Part shown: in pieces, positions 15,101-30,100 of the stretch
Layout of the letters: each line of letters starts with the position of its first letter
How positions within the stretch are numbered: position 1 is the stretch's first letter
Program-made: the position numbers and the translations under genes
DNA from: Antedon mediterranea
Taxonomy: Eukaryota; Animalia; Echinodermata
Direction of reading: 5' to 3'
Assembly: GCF_964355755.1 (NCBI RefSeq)
Contig: NC_092676.1
Location: 20,664,871-20,728,870 of the forward strand
Length of the DNA stretch: 64,000 nt
Notes under the pieces: model-generated
The model's input: the letters and a program-made list of their open reading frames with translations, nothing else
Told to the model about the DNA's origin: nothing
The model's database searches: none

Positions 15101-18100
15101 ATAATTAATATTTATTGTTTACCAAGAAATAATAAGTAAAAATAATAATTTATTCACTCACTTACTCAATACAAATACAGTATATAAGTATAATAATGTA
15201 ATATATAAGTAATACAATATATCAATCCAGAGGAAAATTACTGGAAAAATGACAATGCTGTGGGTATTAGTAGCTGGATCTCAATGGAACAAGGCCATAT
15301 TACATGGCTGCAGTCACATGCTCAAGTTAGTGTTTATCGACCGACCAACCAACCGAACGACCAACTAACCAACCGACATAGTGAGCTGTAGAGTCGCGTT
15401 GATAAATCAAAATGTTAAAATAAAAAGCCAGAAAAATTGTCAGAGCTTTTTGACAACACTGGCCCTTCATCAGTAATACAATAAATAATTGAAACACAAG
15501 TACCGGAACCAAAAAAGCAAAGCTTGTAGATTCATAGAAAAAGTACCTAAATAATATACAGTATTTGCATTTTGAGCACAAAGGTTACTGAATATGCAAT
15601 ATACAAAGTGCAATATTTTATTCATACTATTTCCATATACTATACTGTGAAGTCTATTAGGTCTTTTTATTTTCTATTTTCTACTTGAACATTTTTTTTT
15701 TGTCAGGATCTATACCAGTTATGACAACTGTGGCAGTTCCAACAGGACCAACTGTAGGTCCATGTGGTTCAGGAAGATGGCAGTGTGGTAGTGGAGAGTG
15801 CATCTTTTCTGCTCAACTTTGTGATTGGAATGTAGATTGCTCTGATAAATCAGACGAGGCCTTCTGTGGTTAGTATTTACCTTCTGAAAATATACTGTGT
15901 TTTAAATAAAATAATATAATAAATAATTCATTACTGAACCTCCAAAAATATACTATACAATAAATATGTTATTATGGGCATTATGGATGAAGTGTAGGTT
16001 CGGTAATATATCTTATCACAAGAATAACTTCGACTTTAACTTGACTCTTAATTTCAGGACCTTGTGATTTTGAAAGTGGACAGTGTGGTTATACTGATGT
16101 GAGCACTGGGTATTATGAGTGGCAGTACAAACAAGGTGGCGCCACTGAAATACCATCTAATGACAAAACAACTGGCGGAATAAGTGGTATGTGTTATATC
16201 TAATTATAAATTATTATCTAACATAATAACAATAACTTGCGAATTACAAGATATGTTGTTCAAAGTATATGGCTAACATATTATTTAAACAAACACACTG
16301 TTTGAATGAATGAATCCAACACATTTCTTTTATATTGTTTTTGACAGGTCACTACATGAAAGTAGATGTTGGCAATGGTATTTTTGTATCATCCGCTTTC
16401 CTGCATTCACCTATATTACATGGTAGTAGTGATTCTTGTAGAATGTTTTTCTGGTATGTCTATCAGGTAAGAAATACTTTTTATTTATTCATTTTAAAGT
16501 TTTTGTTTATATTCTTGTTCTAATATCCTTCCTTAAAAATCATTAGGGGCTTTGCGATTTGCGAAGACTGACGACCAATCTAAGTCTGGTCAATTGTCAC
16601 CTGGACTTAGAAACCATTAGTTGAAGTTGGGAGCAAGGACATATTCCAATATCTCGGCATGCATACAATGAATTACATGACATTATAACGATTATTTTGT
16701 CAGTGAGATATAACCTGGTAGTACTTTTCTTCTATTAAACATTGTATCTATATTGTATAAGAACAACTTCTATCACCTTCCAGTCTGCAGGAGCAGAATA
16801 TGAATTCAATATACAAATCCTAGATGTGAATGATGTCAGCAATTCATACTACATCTGGTACCCTACTGGTCAGTCTAGCTTATTCTGGAGACAGGCATCA
16901 GTTGGTCTTGGCAGAATCAGTATGGATTTCATGGTACTCTTTTTATCTTACTACTACTACAGTACAGTATATATTTTTATTTCTTGTAAAAATTTATTGT
17001 GTGTCACACAGACAAGAATCTTAGACGTTGTGGCATACTGGTAATGGTCACAGTTGCTGGGATTAATAGTGATAATGTGGTACTGGTGGTGTTTTTGTGA
17101 TGTTTATACTCATGATTTTGGTGATGAATGTCTGATACTGTGATAATTATCCTAAGTATGACAAAAATTGGTTTATTTTGATGTAATAAAAAGATGATAA
17201 TCCATTCTATTTATTTCTTCAGGTGGCTTTTGAAGGATATCTGGGAGATGTCAGTGACATCATTGCTCTTGATGATGTCTTTTTTGATGGGTGCTCTCTT
17301 GGGGATTTCATTGGACCATGTGAATTCCAGTGTAGCAATGGGCTATATTGCTTACCAAATAAACTCCTCTGTGATTACACAGATGATTGTGGAGACAAAT
17401 CAGATGAACAAAGTTGTGGTATGTACATATTTTAAAAATATTAATAGCATGTTAACACATTTTGACTGAACTACTGATCTGAGTGTGGAAAATCAATGCA
17501 TCATCTAAAAAATGTCAACCCTCATTTAAAAAAGGGGGCTCATAGATACCAGATAGCCTGTGGTTTCAGTTGGAAGAGTTATCCTCTCTAAATAAAGTTG
17601 AAATAAGATAAATAAAAATGAAATGTATTTATGGCCTTACTGTTACTTACCAACAGAGTATTATTTTACCTCAATTTTATATCAGCAGTGTAACTTTTCT
17701 TTCACATATATATGTTAGGATTTAGTGTATTTTATGAAAAAAGATATTGAATTCATAGATATTCAATGTTTAAATTTAATATAAATTATTCAATATGTTA
17801 TATTTTAGGAGCATACACTGAAAGATGTGACTTTGAGTCAGATTTATGCAACTGGAACCAGGATAAAGATGATGATTTTGACTGGAGTTGGACTACTGGA
17901 GAGACCGGTGGTCAAGGAGGAGCACCCGGTGTTGACCATACAACAAATACAAAGGATGGTCAGTGCTCATGTTATTTTACAGATCTGTGCACCTTATTGT
18001 GTAGATGGGTTCCATTCCTTCATTCATTCTTCTTTCGAGGATGTGTATTATTTGTACTGTCTGTAACTGTCTTAATGTTAATAATCTACTACCTACTAAC

Positions 18101-21100
18101 CTATAATTAACATAATATAATTTAAAAGACTGCATAAATACAGTTCAATTTTACTTATGAAGAGGTTTTCAATGGAAACAACTATGTTGAAGCTTTTTTA
18201 TAGTAATTTATTTTATTTGCAGGTAAATACTTGTACTTGGCAACTACACTCACCAATACCGATGAAAAGGCTAGACTGAGTAGTAAGGTGTTTGACCCTG
18301 TACAAAAAGATAAACAATGTCTTGTGAGTAACACATTGTGGTATTAGGGAGCTCTCGATTTGTGACTTTGGGAGCTCTGGATTTGTGACTTTTAGAGCTC
18401 TTGATTTTTTAAACTGGACTTAGAAACCACCAATATAAAAAGCGACCTATACAATTAATTCTGCATTATGCTATTGTAAATTCCAATTGCCAATATTGTT
18501 CCAATCAAGTGTGATCCTATTTAAAGAAACATTAACAATGTGCAAGACCGGTGCAAAGATGGACCACCCAACCACTTGCTTAATAAAGTTGGTTTATATC
18601 AGCAGCCAGGTGTCATGATGTTTGTTAGCAGCATCTTTTCTTGTTATGAATATTTGAGAAACTTTGTGCATAGTTTCATAAAACAAATTGATTCTGGCAA
18701 TAATGTTTTAATTAGAACATTCAATAACTTTGTTAAGGAGTCAAAATTGTACAATAGATGGTGTAAAATCATTTATTAATTTTGTTTTTTTTAGTCTGAT
18801 ATTTCTATTTTTTTTTTCGTTATGTGTAGTATGTTCTATTTCTATGGATATTTATCTGAAATAAAAGAATGAATGAATCATCCATTAAGGATTTTTTTTA
18901 CATAATATTATTTCATCCCTAATGTACTTGCTAACACTTTCTGTTTGTTCTTTAGATGCGTTTCTACTACCACATGTATGGTGAGAATGTAAACCGTCTT
19001 ACTGTATACAAACGCACGTCACAAACAGACTTCCCAACTAGCATGTGGAGCATGGGAGGCAGCAAGGGAGATGTTTGGCTTAGGGGTGAGGTTGACTTCT
19101 CTGTCGGCACTAAATTCCAGGTATATAGTTAATAATTTATTTAATTAATTAATGGAAAATAAACATCTGAGTAAAATACCTATGATAACACTATCGAAAT
19201 CCAAGGACAACACCAAAACAAGAGACACTTTTATTGACACAAGAATCATAGACAAATGGAATGCACTACATAGACAGTACCACTAATAATTTCAAACAAT
19301 CATATGACAAACACATTAACATATACAAATTAACATATACAAGAGAGGAGGCAGTCAATAGGAGTATTAAATTCATTTGTCTCTGATTCACTTTTTCTTT
19401 AGAAAAATTGATCTTGCATAGAAATACATAATCTATGATACAACGTTTTACTGATATCTTTATGATATAGGTTGTAATTGAAGGCGTAGGCGGTCCAGGT
19501 CGATTTGAGGATAACATTGCTATTGATGACATATCATTTACTCCAGATTGCAACTTAGATCCTACCAACACACTACCAATCACTATTGTACCAACAAGTA
19601 AGAAAGACAACTTATTGATATTAAGTTTATTGTAAATAATTAAAGGTATACTTAAATAAGTACAAGTAATGATAGTGGAAATCAGTTGTTGTGGCTCTCA
19701 GTCTTGGTTCAAAGAAGGAATGTGGAATAGCCTTAAATCCGTGTTTAAACAAAAAGGAGGCCTTATACACTAATGCTCTGTCTGCTATATCAAACTAGTT
19801 TTACAAAAAAGTGTGATGTACGCAAATATGGTAGTTCTATGAGGTCATCATATATGGCCACATAAATGTTTAGTGTTGACAGAGCTATGCACTCTGCTCT
19901 TGAGAAGAAAGTGATTTTTTAATGTTGAAATGATTACTTCTTTTAACAGGTGGTCCAAATTGCACTACTGGCTATCAACCATGTAGGAATGGCACGTGCC
20001 TACCATACTCTATGTTCTGTGATTTTAAGCATGATTGTTCTGATGGATCGGATGAGGAAGAGTGTCGTAAGTTAACTAATAAATACAGTAGAACCTCTTC
20101 TTTGGGACACATGTAAAAGGGACACTTCCTTGTGAAACAAACAACGTTGGCAGTTGCTTTAAAGATATGTCCAACCTCCGTTCAGGGAACAATTCTTAAA
20201 AGAACACTTTGGTGGGTCTCTAAGGTGTCCCCATAATGGGGGTTATACTGTAACCAATATTTTACTTTATTTTAAAATCATTGGCCAAGTTGTCTATGCT
20301 ACAATTTCAATTGTATAACAAATTACTAGATAACTAATATTTTATTTTGGAGAAATATATTTGGCTGTATGCTAAATAGTTATAATGGCTTGTAAATCAT
20401 GTTGAAGAAACTTTTGCAATGTCAAGTTATTAAACCAATACTCTCATTAACCTAGTCCATAATTAATATTTATTTATTTAGCATGTGCAAAAGGTTCAAA
20501 GTTCTAACTTATGCTAAGTATCACTGTTTTAGTCAAATTGAATTTACATATTACTTTCATGATGTACTCATTTATCAACATCAATTGCCAGGTTGACATG
20601 ATGCTCATTTTCCTGGAACAACAATGTTTGTGTTCTTCTAAGTAAACAATCCTGTCAGTACTAATTTTTATATTGCAAAGCTCTATAAGGTTTGAAGATG
20701 TTTTCATGTTTTTTAATTGTGGTTTCAAATGTTTTCTGTTTTTCATTTACTACAGCTTCAACTTGTAGTTTTGATTCAGGACTTTGTGGTTGGACACAGG
20801 TGGAAAGTGATGATTTTGATTGGTCAATTAGAGATGGTTCTGCCCCTGGTGATTTCAACGGACCAGTTAATGACCACACATACAACAGTCCAAAAGGTAA
20901 TATTGTTTCTTAATTAAAATATAATAAATAAGGTTGATGGTGCAATTACACAGGATTATCGAGGGTCTTTCTTTAGTTCCTGCAAGTGTTTAGCAACTAT
21001 TGAACAAAATATTTTAAATGAAATTAAAACACCAAGTTATTCAAATAGATGTAATAATACTTACTGTAATGGAAGGCTTCTTTGCTTTACTGATATAACA

Positions 21101-24100
21101 TAGATACAGTAGACACCTTTATCCAGATGACACCTTTATCCAGATGACACCTTTATCAGATGACACCTTTATCAGATGACACCTTTATCCAGATGACACC
21201 TTTATCCAGATGACACCCCAGATGGCACTTTATTGGGTCCCAAGTGTCTCTTTAGTAGGGGATTTACTATAGTATAGAATAGAAACCAAGGTGCATTTTA
21301 AATGACATGCTAATATGATGAAAGATCAGCAATATCAATTACAACATAAGTTAACAAAGAAACTAAATTTACTCATTTGTTCCCATTAAGGTGTGTACTT
21401 GTACGTTGATGGAACAACAACAAGACCTGACCAGCGTGCTAAACTCATCAGTCCTCTCTACCGATTGGCTGGTCTAGAATGCCAGTTCAGCTTCTGGTAT
21501 TACATGTTTGGTGTTGAGTACGGCGACTTGGAGATTTACCAAAAGACTACTGATCGTGAGTTACGACTGGCAAAGGTGTCTGATGATCTACCGGATTACA
21601 ATGTCTGGCAGAAAGAGGTGGTTAGCATTGATCAGTGTACTAAGGATTTCCAGGTATGTTATTAAAAACACATGAAAATGCCAATTTCAATTTTGTAAGA
21701 TCCCAACCCGTGTAGACACAACAATTGCTATATTCACATAATACTGACACCTCTTGGAAGATAAATGGGACATTCTAAGTGCCATACTGTAGCTAGCCAG
21801 TTAATGTCCAACCCAATCATCCTATTACATTCCGAGATAACCTGGTAGTTGTTGTGTCTATACAGGTAGGTATCTTACTCATAGATTATAACACCAGTGT
21901 TGTTTTGTGTAATAATAAAATATGAAGCTTTTTTCATTTATTTCCATAATATACGTAATTATATGTAATATACATTACATTTTTGATTACATAGATATAC
22001 ATTGATGCTGAAGACAGACTTGTAGCTTCAATATCCAATGGTTTTGCAATTGATGACTTAAGATTTGACAACTGTGCATACACACTTCCTAAGGTCTTAG
22101 GTCAATGCTTGACAGATCAACGTCAGTGTAGCAGTGGCCATTGTTATCCTATCTCAGCAAAATGTGATTTCAAGCCTGACTGCTGTGACGAAACAGATGA
22201 ACAGAACTGCCGTGAGTCAATTATTAATGTGTTGTACAATTTATATACAGTAGAAGCTCTATTATAGGAAGTAAAACATTAATTTTCCTTTGTTCCTTTT
22301 CACAACAAAGTACACAATGTGAATAATAATCTTATTTTTGTTTTCAAATCTTTATATAGAGGATTATCGTCAGTGTAATTTTGAGAACAACATGTGTGAT
22401 TGGAATCAAATGTCTAGCGATGAATTTGATTGGTCTAGACACCAAGGCAGTACAGGTTCCAGCTCTACCGGACCTAGTAGGGATCATACTCTTGACTCCA
22501 CATCAGGTACAAATACTTTCTATTTAAAATCATCTTATTAAACAATTATGCATATTCAATTAATTAACAGTTTCTTCCAGTTTAACAATACTGGTCATAG
22601 AATGTATTACATCTGTCTTCTTATTCGCATATTGGTATAATACCTTAATGTCACTTCATTTCTTTTTGGGAAAAGATATCCTACAAGTCTCTAGATAGAT
22701 TATATATTAATATTAATTGATTAACGTTCAACTTTTAAATTAACTTTATAAAACTAGATTTTTGGTGGTAAAGCACAATCTGGGAAACTTAGTGATACTA
22801 CTAGTCCTAATTAGGTTTCATTCATCTTTTCTGTTGTTTTTATAAAACTAGATTGAATTTATAAAAACACAAGCTTGTAGGATTGTGCATTTGATGAAAT
22901 GTTTTCTTTATTTTTAGGTTGGTATATATACATTGAGACATCTAGTCCACGACTGAATGGAGACAGAGCTAAGATAAGCAGTTATGTCATTAAGAGTACT
23001 GTGCAGACTTGTACAGTAAGTAACTTATGTGTCAAATACAGTAGATATTGCTATAATTTAAAAAAAATAACATTTGGCTGAATAAAAAACCTCTTTCCTA
23101 AAGCTCTGTCTATACTATCAAACTTGTGACAACAACATTTGATGTGCCCATATGGACATGATGATCATATGGTCATATCACTACCAGATTTAGGTATATC
23201 ACTACCATATATGGGCACATCACACTAGTTTGATAGCTTAAGTTGGTAAACCAATTAATGTACTTCTATTTTTCTTTAGATGCGTTTCTGGTATCACATG
23301 CTTGGAGATCATATTGGAACCTTGAATGTGTACACCAGAACCATGGTGAATGCTCCAATGGTTTTGGAATGGACACAAGAAGGGGATAAGGGAGACAAAT
23401 GGTTCTTTGGCTCCGTTGATGTTCGTAGTAGAGGTGAAGATTTCCAGGTACGTATTGGTATAATGATGATAGCATGATGGTTAGCAAGCTTGCCTTCCAA
23501 TCCCAAGGTTCAGGGTTCAATCCTGTTTTAACCCATGACTGTTTCTATTCTATTTCTAAAGGGAAACTTTGTTTATAAACACAATATAGTTTACCCACCC
23601 ATCCTGTAATTGGTTAAGTTACTTGCTGTTGGATGTGTTGAAATAAAAAAAAATTAATTTACATTTCTTTTACTTATTTTTTTTTTTTTTTTTTAACACA
23701 GTAGTTTATTATTACTACCTACGTTTTGTTGTTATTTCAGATTATTATAGAGGGGATTAGAGGTTCAGGAATCCGAGGCGACATCTCATTGGATGATATT
23801 TCTTTTACTCCTGATTGTGAAGCATCTTCCCAAGATCTACCAGTTGTAACAACACCTGTACCTACAAAAAGTAAGTCTCCAATTCTAAATAGTAGCATAA
23901 TAAAAAATAATAATAATAATGATAATAAAGCAGTGTACATTCAATAAATAACATTATTTAAATATTTTCTTTTTAGTTACAACTATACCATATTTATGTG
24001 TAAATCCATTAAAGTTCCAATGCCGTGATTACACATGTATTGATAGAGAAAAGCAATGCGATTTCAAGACACAGTGCCCTGACAGATCAGATGAACTGGG

Positions 24101-27100
24101 CTGCCGTAAGTGTTGTTCTTATTAACTTAAAGCACAACTCCTTTACTCAGTCTCCTTAATTAATAGATGTCCAGTTCCAATTTTATTTTCCACTCACAAA
24201 CAAAATTATGTAATTGAAGACAGAAAATGTAAGATATTATGCAGAGCACCAACTTCTTTATGGTAATATGTAATGTAACCTTAGAAAAAAAACAGTGGAA
24301 AACAAGTGTAAGAGCAGTGGTTTTGGTTAAAATTAATCTCACTGGGCTTTTTCATGTTTTTTCCCTTTATTTTTCTAACAATATTTTATTAGTAATATCA
24401 TTTTCACATGTATAAACCCACATATAATAATAAGTTAATCAAATTATATTTATTCTACTTACAGCAACAATATGTGACTTTGAGGATGACATGTGTGGAT
24501 ATGCTGAGCAGACAGATGATCAGTTTGATTGGCATCGTGCCAATGGACTTGATACAGTATCTACTCCAGGTGTAGCACCAAGGAATGATCACAGTGTTGG
24601 AGGATCTACAGGTAGGGACAAAGTTTAAAACTTATATTAAAGAACAATCAGACATACATGTAGTGTAATGTCAGAAATGACATATACAAGATTTATATTT
24701 GTATAAACCTTAATATTATTTACCTTCCCAGGATACTATATGTACGTGGCACCTTATGGGCAAGCTGGTCTTGACCAAATAGCTGAAATCATTGGCCCAC
24801 AATATACATCTGCTGCCGACTATTGCCGTGTCCACCTATGGTACATAATAACAGGAAGGAACATAGGCAGTCTGAAGTTGTCACTTCTCGACACAACAGA
24901 TATGACTGAGACTCTTTTATGGGATGAACGAACTGATCGCGGTAGTGAGTGGACGCAGGTTACTGTTGGTTTAGGCAGACGAGTGAATCCATACAAAGTA
25001 AGTCTATTTGTGAGAAGTAGGTATCATAGCCTAAAGTTATAATTGATAATAATATAATAATGATAACTTATATCAAAGTCCAAAGGAAGTAAGAGCTGGG
25101 TCTTGGTGACCCATGGCAGTTGCAAGAACAGTGGCAGTGATACTATTAATCTTCCTGTTTTGATTTTTTTTTTTAATTTCTCAGGCTTAAAAGTGTATGT
25201 ACACTGCTTTTGAATGTTCTGTCATGAATATATTACAGTTATTGTTACCTATTTAATTACAAATACATCATTTCAGAGCATTTTAAAATAATACATATAT
25301 AATGGAACTGTTGGTTTTAGATAATGTTTAGCTATATATTTTGAATGTAATTTGCATTTATTTTCATTATCAGCTACGCTTTACTAAAGAGCGCAACATC
25401 AACTACCAAGGTATGATTGCATTGGACGATATTGAATTTGATAACTGTCATCTGCCAGACCCCGTACCATCCTGTGATACCACCAAGAATTTCTGGTGTG
25501 AGAACCAGGCCTGCATAGACAAGAACCGGGTTTGTGATCTTGCAGACGATTGTGGAGATGGCTCTGATGAGAAGGTTCAGTTGTGTTGTAAGATGGCTTA
25601 TCTTTTTGTTTAATCAATGTTATGTTAATAAAGTTTGTGGTACACCATCTGTTTATAAAGTTGAACAAATCTCACATTTTTGGTTTCTGCAACTGTTTCA
25701 TTCAATGGATTTATAATTAAGGTAAAAACAAGCCATTATTATTATATTTTTCATTCTATTTCTTCTATAGCAACTTCTCTCTACAAACGATGTGATTTTG
25801 ACAAAGATTTCTGTGACTGGACACAAGCTAAGGAAACAGATGAATTTGATTGGCTTAGAAACAATGGTCCAACAAACTCTATAAATACTGGGCCTTCACG
25901 TGATCATACAACTGGCACAGCTAAAGGTAAAACAATATATTGTAGAGTAGTAGATATGTATTTATTAAAATCAAATTTAAAATAAAAACAGCAGTCTTAA
26001 TTAGTGGTAGTAGCATTGTTGATCCAAAATAATCCTCATATTGAATACAGTAGAACTCCTAAGAGGGAAATCTTCTTGATCCAACAAAGTGTCAAGCTCT
26101 GTCTACACTATCAAACTTCATGTGACAAAAATGTGATTTGCATACCAGTACTATATTTGGGAATATCACTACCATATTTGGGCACATCAGACTTTTTTGT
26201 CAAACTAGTTTGATAGTTTAGAACATATATTGTCCCTTGTACTTATCACAGGACAAGAAGTTCTACTCTAATTATTTTCACAAAATTTAATATCATTTTC
26301 TGTTTGTAGGATATTATGTATACATTGACCCAGCTATCAATCAGAACTATTTAGAGTCTGCAGAACTCATTAGTAGGAAATTCCAAGGAGTTGTACTAGG
26401 AGGTGACTGTAAGGTAAGTAAAAACTAAAGCAACAATGATTAAAATATAGGATGACAATTTAATAACTACTGCAGTAGTAGTAGTTTGCATCAGTGAGCT
26501 AAGGTAAAGGGTCAGATGTTTACTCTAATCTTGTAGAGTACATTTGAGAAGACCTGAAAACATTCTTGGGTGAGACATTAACTCCAAAACACCACATCAG
26601 TGTGGTTGTAAAGATGATACTTCAATTGTCATCAAATTGTTCTCACATATATAGAACTGTTTTATAGTACTGCAGCAGCTGCACTCCAGTCACACCTGAT
26701 ACACATTTTTTCTTTCAGATACGGTTTTTCTACCACATGTTTGGCGATCACATCAACACGCTGTCAGTATCCACTCGAATCTACAAAGATAGTAATAGAA
26801 ACGAACAACAGGAGTGGAGTCTTTCTGGTGGACAGGGTGACTTCTGGGAACGAGCTGAAATATCTCTATCAAGGACTGTTGACTTTAAGGTAAGGTAGTT
26901 TAATGATATATCATATATTATATAACACCTATATAAATTCCTGTCATTTGATTGGACGAATGTGGGTCACATGGCGTGCAATAGTACGCACTATTCAACG
27001 ATCGTTAAATAGTACTTTTTGAAACATTTTTGTGTACGAAAAAAAAATGTCTAGATGTTATATAAAACAAATAATGAATGTTTTGTATTCGTGTAATGGT

Positions 27101-30100
27101 ACAAATAATGGCACTTGGTGAATGATGAAAGGTTATATCAACTCGGCTTTGCCTCGTTGATATAACCTTTCATCATTCACCTCGTGCCATTATTTGTACC
27201 ATTGCACTCATAAACATTCATTATTTGTATATTATGGCATCTATACGATCTACACAAAGCAATATGTAAAGTATATTTAATTGTGTGTGTACCATTTTTC
27301 TTTCTAGACTAACGATTTAGAAACATTTTTAATGATTTGTGAAAAAACATTACAATTATCAATATGTTGTTGTATTGATTAATAATTTAGTTATGATAAA
27401 TCCATATTTTGTGACTCTTTTAATAGGTTGTGATCAGCGCTGATGTTGGGGACCAAATCAGAGGTGACATTGCAATTGATGATGTGACCTTTACCCCAGG
27501 TTGCGTACCATCAAATGGTGACCTGCCTAACGCTCTACCAACCCTTCCAACTTTAAGGACATCACCAACCCCAACAGCCCACCCGTCTTGCCAACCAGCA
27601 GAGATGTTTTGTGTCCCAGACAATAAATGTATCACACCACAGTTAATGTGTGACTTCAAAAACGACTGCTCAGATGGGAGTGATGAAGATGGCTGTGGTA
27701 GGAAAAAATTATATATAATTACATATAATACTGGAATAAAATATAAAAAAATGTCTTATTTCATCTGATTCTCCATACTGTATCTTAATGCAGTATCTTA
27801 TGATTTAGTGTAGCTGTATCACATAATTATCTTTAAACAAATTCCACATTATTATTTTATTATTATTATTTATTCAGGCAAAAGATACATTTTACAAAAT
27901 ATAATACAAATCAACAAATTAAACAAACACAACGCAAAAGAAAATATAAAATCATAGTCACTAGCTGCCAGGAAAGCACAAAAGCAGCCTAAGCCACTGT
28001 CACCAATTAGGTGTGTACCTCCAACCAGTGACTAATTATTACAAATAATATATATAATATAGATGATGATAAAGTTAATATCTTAAAAGAATAATAAATA
28101 ATAATAATAAATAATAATAAATGAGTACAAAGTACTGTAATATTTCCTTCCAATTGTTTATTAACTTAATTAGACAGGTTCCATTTCTCAAAAAACGGCC
28201 TAGAAAACGAATCAAGAAGCATTTTTGGGTAGAAGCTGGGATCCACTTGGTTTAGGATATTTCGACCTCGCTGATTACGAATATGGCGGATCCCAAGCGA
28301 AATTCGGCCATCTAAGCCCTTAATTTGCATAATTAAAAATGGCGGCCATTTTTTATAATTACCCTATATCTCGAGAACCACTAGTCACAGATAATTAATT
28401 TTGGTGTCAAAATGTTTTAAATATATGGTTTTATATTCACTTTAATGACACATTTTCTCAAAAAATTGATGCAAGTCGTATTTCTGACATTTTGACCTTT
28501 GACCTTGATTTATCGTATCTCAGTAACCAATAATCGGAGAGACACGAAATAGGGCTCAAATTGTTCAGAAACTATACATTCATATTTATTATAATGAAAT
28601 GTTTTTACAAAAAATGGCCGATTCTACAACTATTGACCTTTGAACTATTAGTCAAATATAATAATATAATAATAATATAACTTTGAAAATTGTGGTCTTA
28701 TGAATTTTTTTTTCTTTTTAAATTGTTTAAAACATGTGTGTTTCTATCCAGTCTAATGGCATATTTTGTACAAGAATGGCCGATAGTATGGTTATTGACC
28801 TTTTAACTACAGCATAGGCCTACTGTATACTAAATATAATATAATTGCATAACTATGAAATTATTTATACACAATAATAATTAGTAACATTATAAAATTC
28901 ACTGCCATCAAATATGATGTGTTATGATTTATATAGATTTAAAAAGGAATTTGAATACGCAAGTTACATTTTTTGAAATTTGAAATTTGAAATTACCTGC
29001 CATCAATATGATGGAGTGTGCTTATAGATTTTCTAAAATGTGAACATGTCAGCTACATTTGGAAATTACCTGCCATCAATATGATGGATTATGATTATAG
29101 ATTTAAATAAAAATTTGAACACGTAACCTACATTAGAAAATTACCTGCTATCAATATGATGGATTATGATTATAGATTTAAAAAAGAATTTGAACACGTC
29201 AGCTACATTTGGAAATTTGGAAATTACCTGCCATCAATATGATGGATTATGATTGTATAGTACCTGCCATCAATATGATGGATTATGATTATAGAATTAA
29301 AAAAGAATTTGAACACGTCAGCTACATTTGGAAATTGGGAAATTACCTGCCATCAATATGATGGATTATGATTATAGATTTTAAAAAGAATTTGAACACG
29401 TAAGCTACATTTGGAAATTTGGAAATTACCTGCCATCAATATGATGGATTATGATTGTATAGTACCTGCCATCAATATGATGGATTATGATTATAGATTT
29501 AAAAAAGAATTTGAACACGTAAGCTACATTTGAAAATTACTTGCCATCAATATGATGGATTATGATTGTATAGATTTAAAAGAAAATGTGAACACGTACG
29601 TAAGCTACATTTGGAATGAACATGTTAAGGGCATCAGTTAAGATCATTCATGCAAAGGTTTCCGTCATCTTTAGCGTTGTTACAGCGGCATAAAGCTGTA
29701 CATGGTAGTTTTGACTTCTTGCACCTACATCTATTGGCAGGTTATGTATCGTGTCTTGCATCCACAATAAATCATCTCTAACGAAGCAGTAGGAATAGCT
29801 TCATTTTTCAGAAGCACTGGTTGAAGTTTACCATTAGATAGCTCCCAACCAAAATATGTTGGTGATGGCAAATGCTGGATTGGCGATACAGCTTTTTTCC
29901 ATACGAGTGCTTGGAAGTGTGCTCTTTTTATATGTTGGTGCACTGCATCGCTTGTTGGAGGTAATGCCTTTTTTTTTTAAAGCCTAACTTTATTGGTACT
30001 TTTAACTTGACCAACACCGTAAACGTAGCAAATGAATCTTTCCGATTTCATAATAACTTGGTCACTGATAGGTTTTCTCCCAGGTCTTTAATTAGTTCAT

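Noticed and set aside
23465-23530. tRNA-like A/B boxes (also about 14610-14670, 43550-43600, 51115-51190)
   Set aside because: No complete cloverleaf; most likely decayed tRNA-derived SINE heads.
28985-29615. Regularly spaced palindromic repeats resembling a CRISPR array
   Set aside because: The intervening sequences are themselves repeated rather than unique spacers, there are no cas genes, and the context is eukaryotic; it is a transposon minisatellite.
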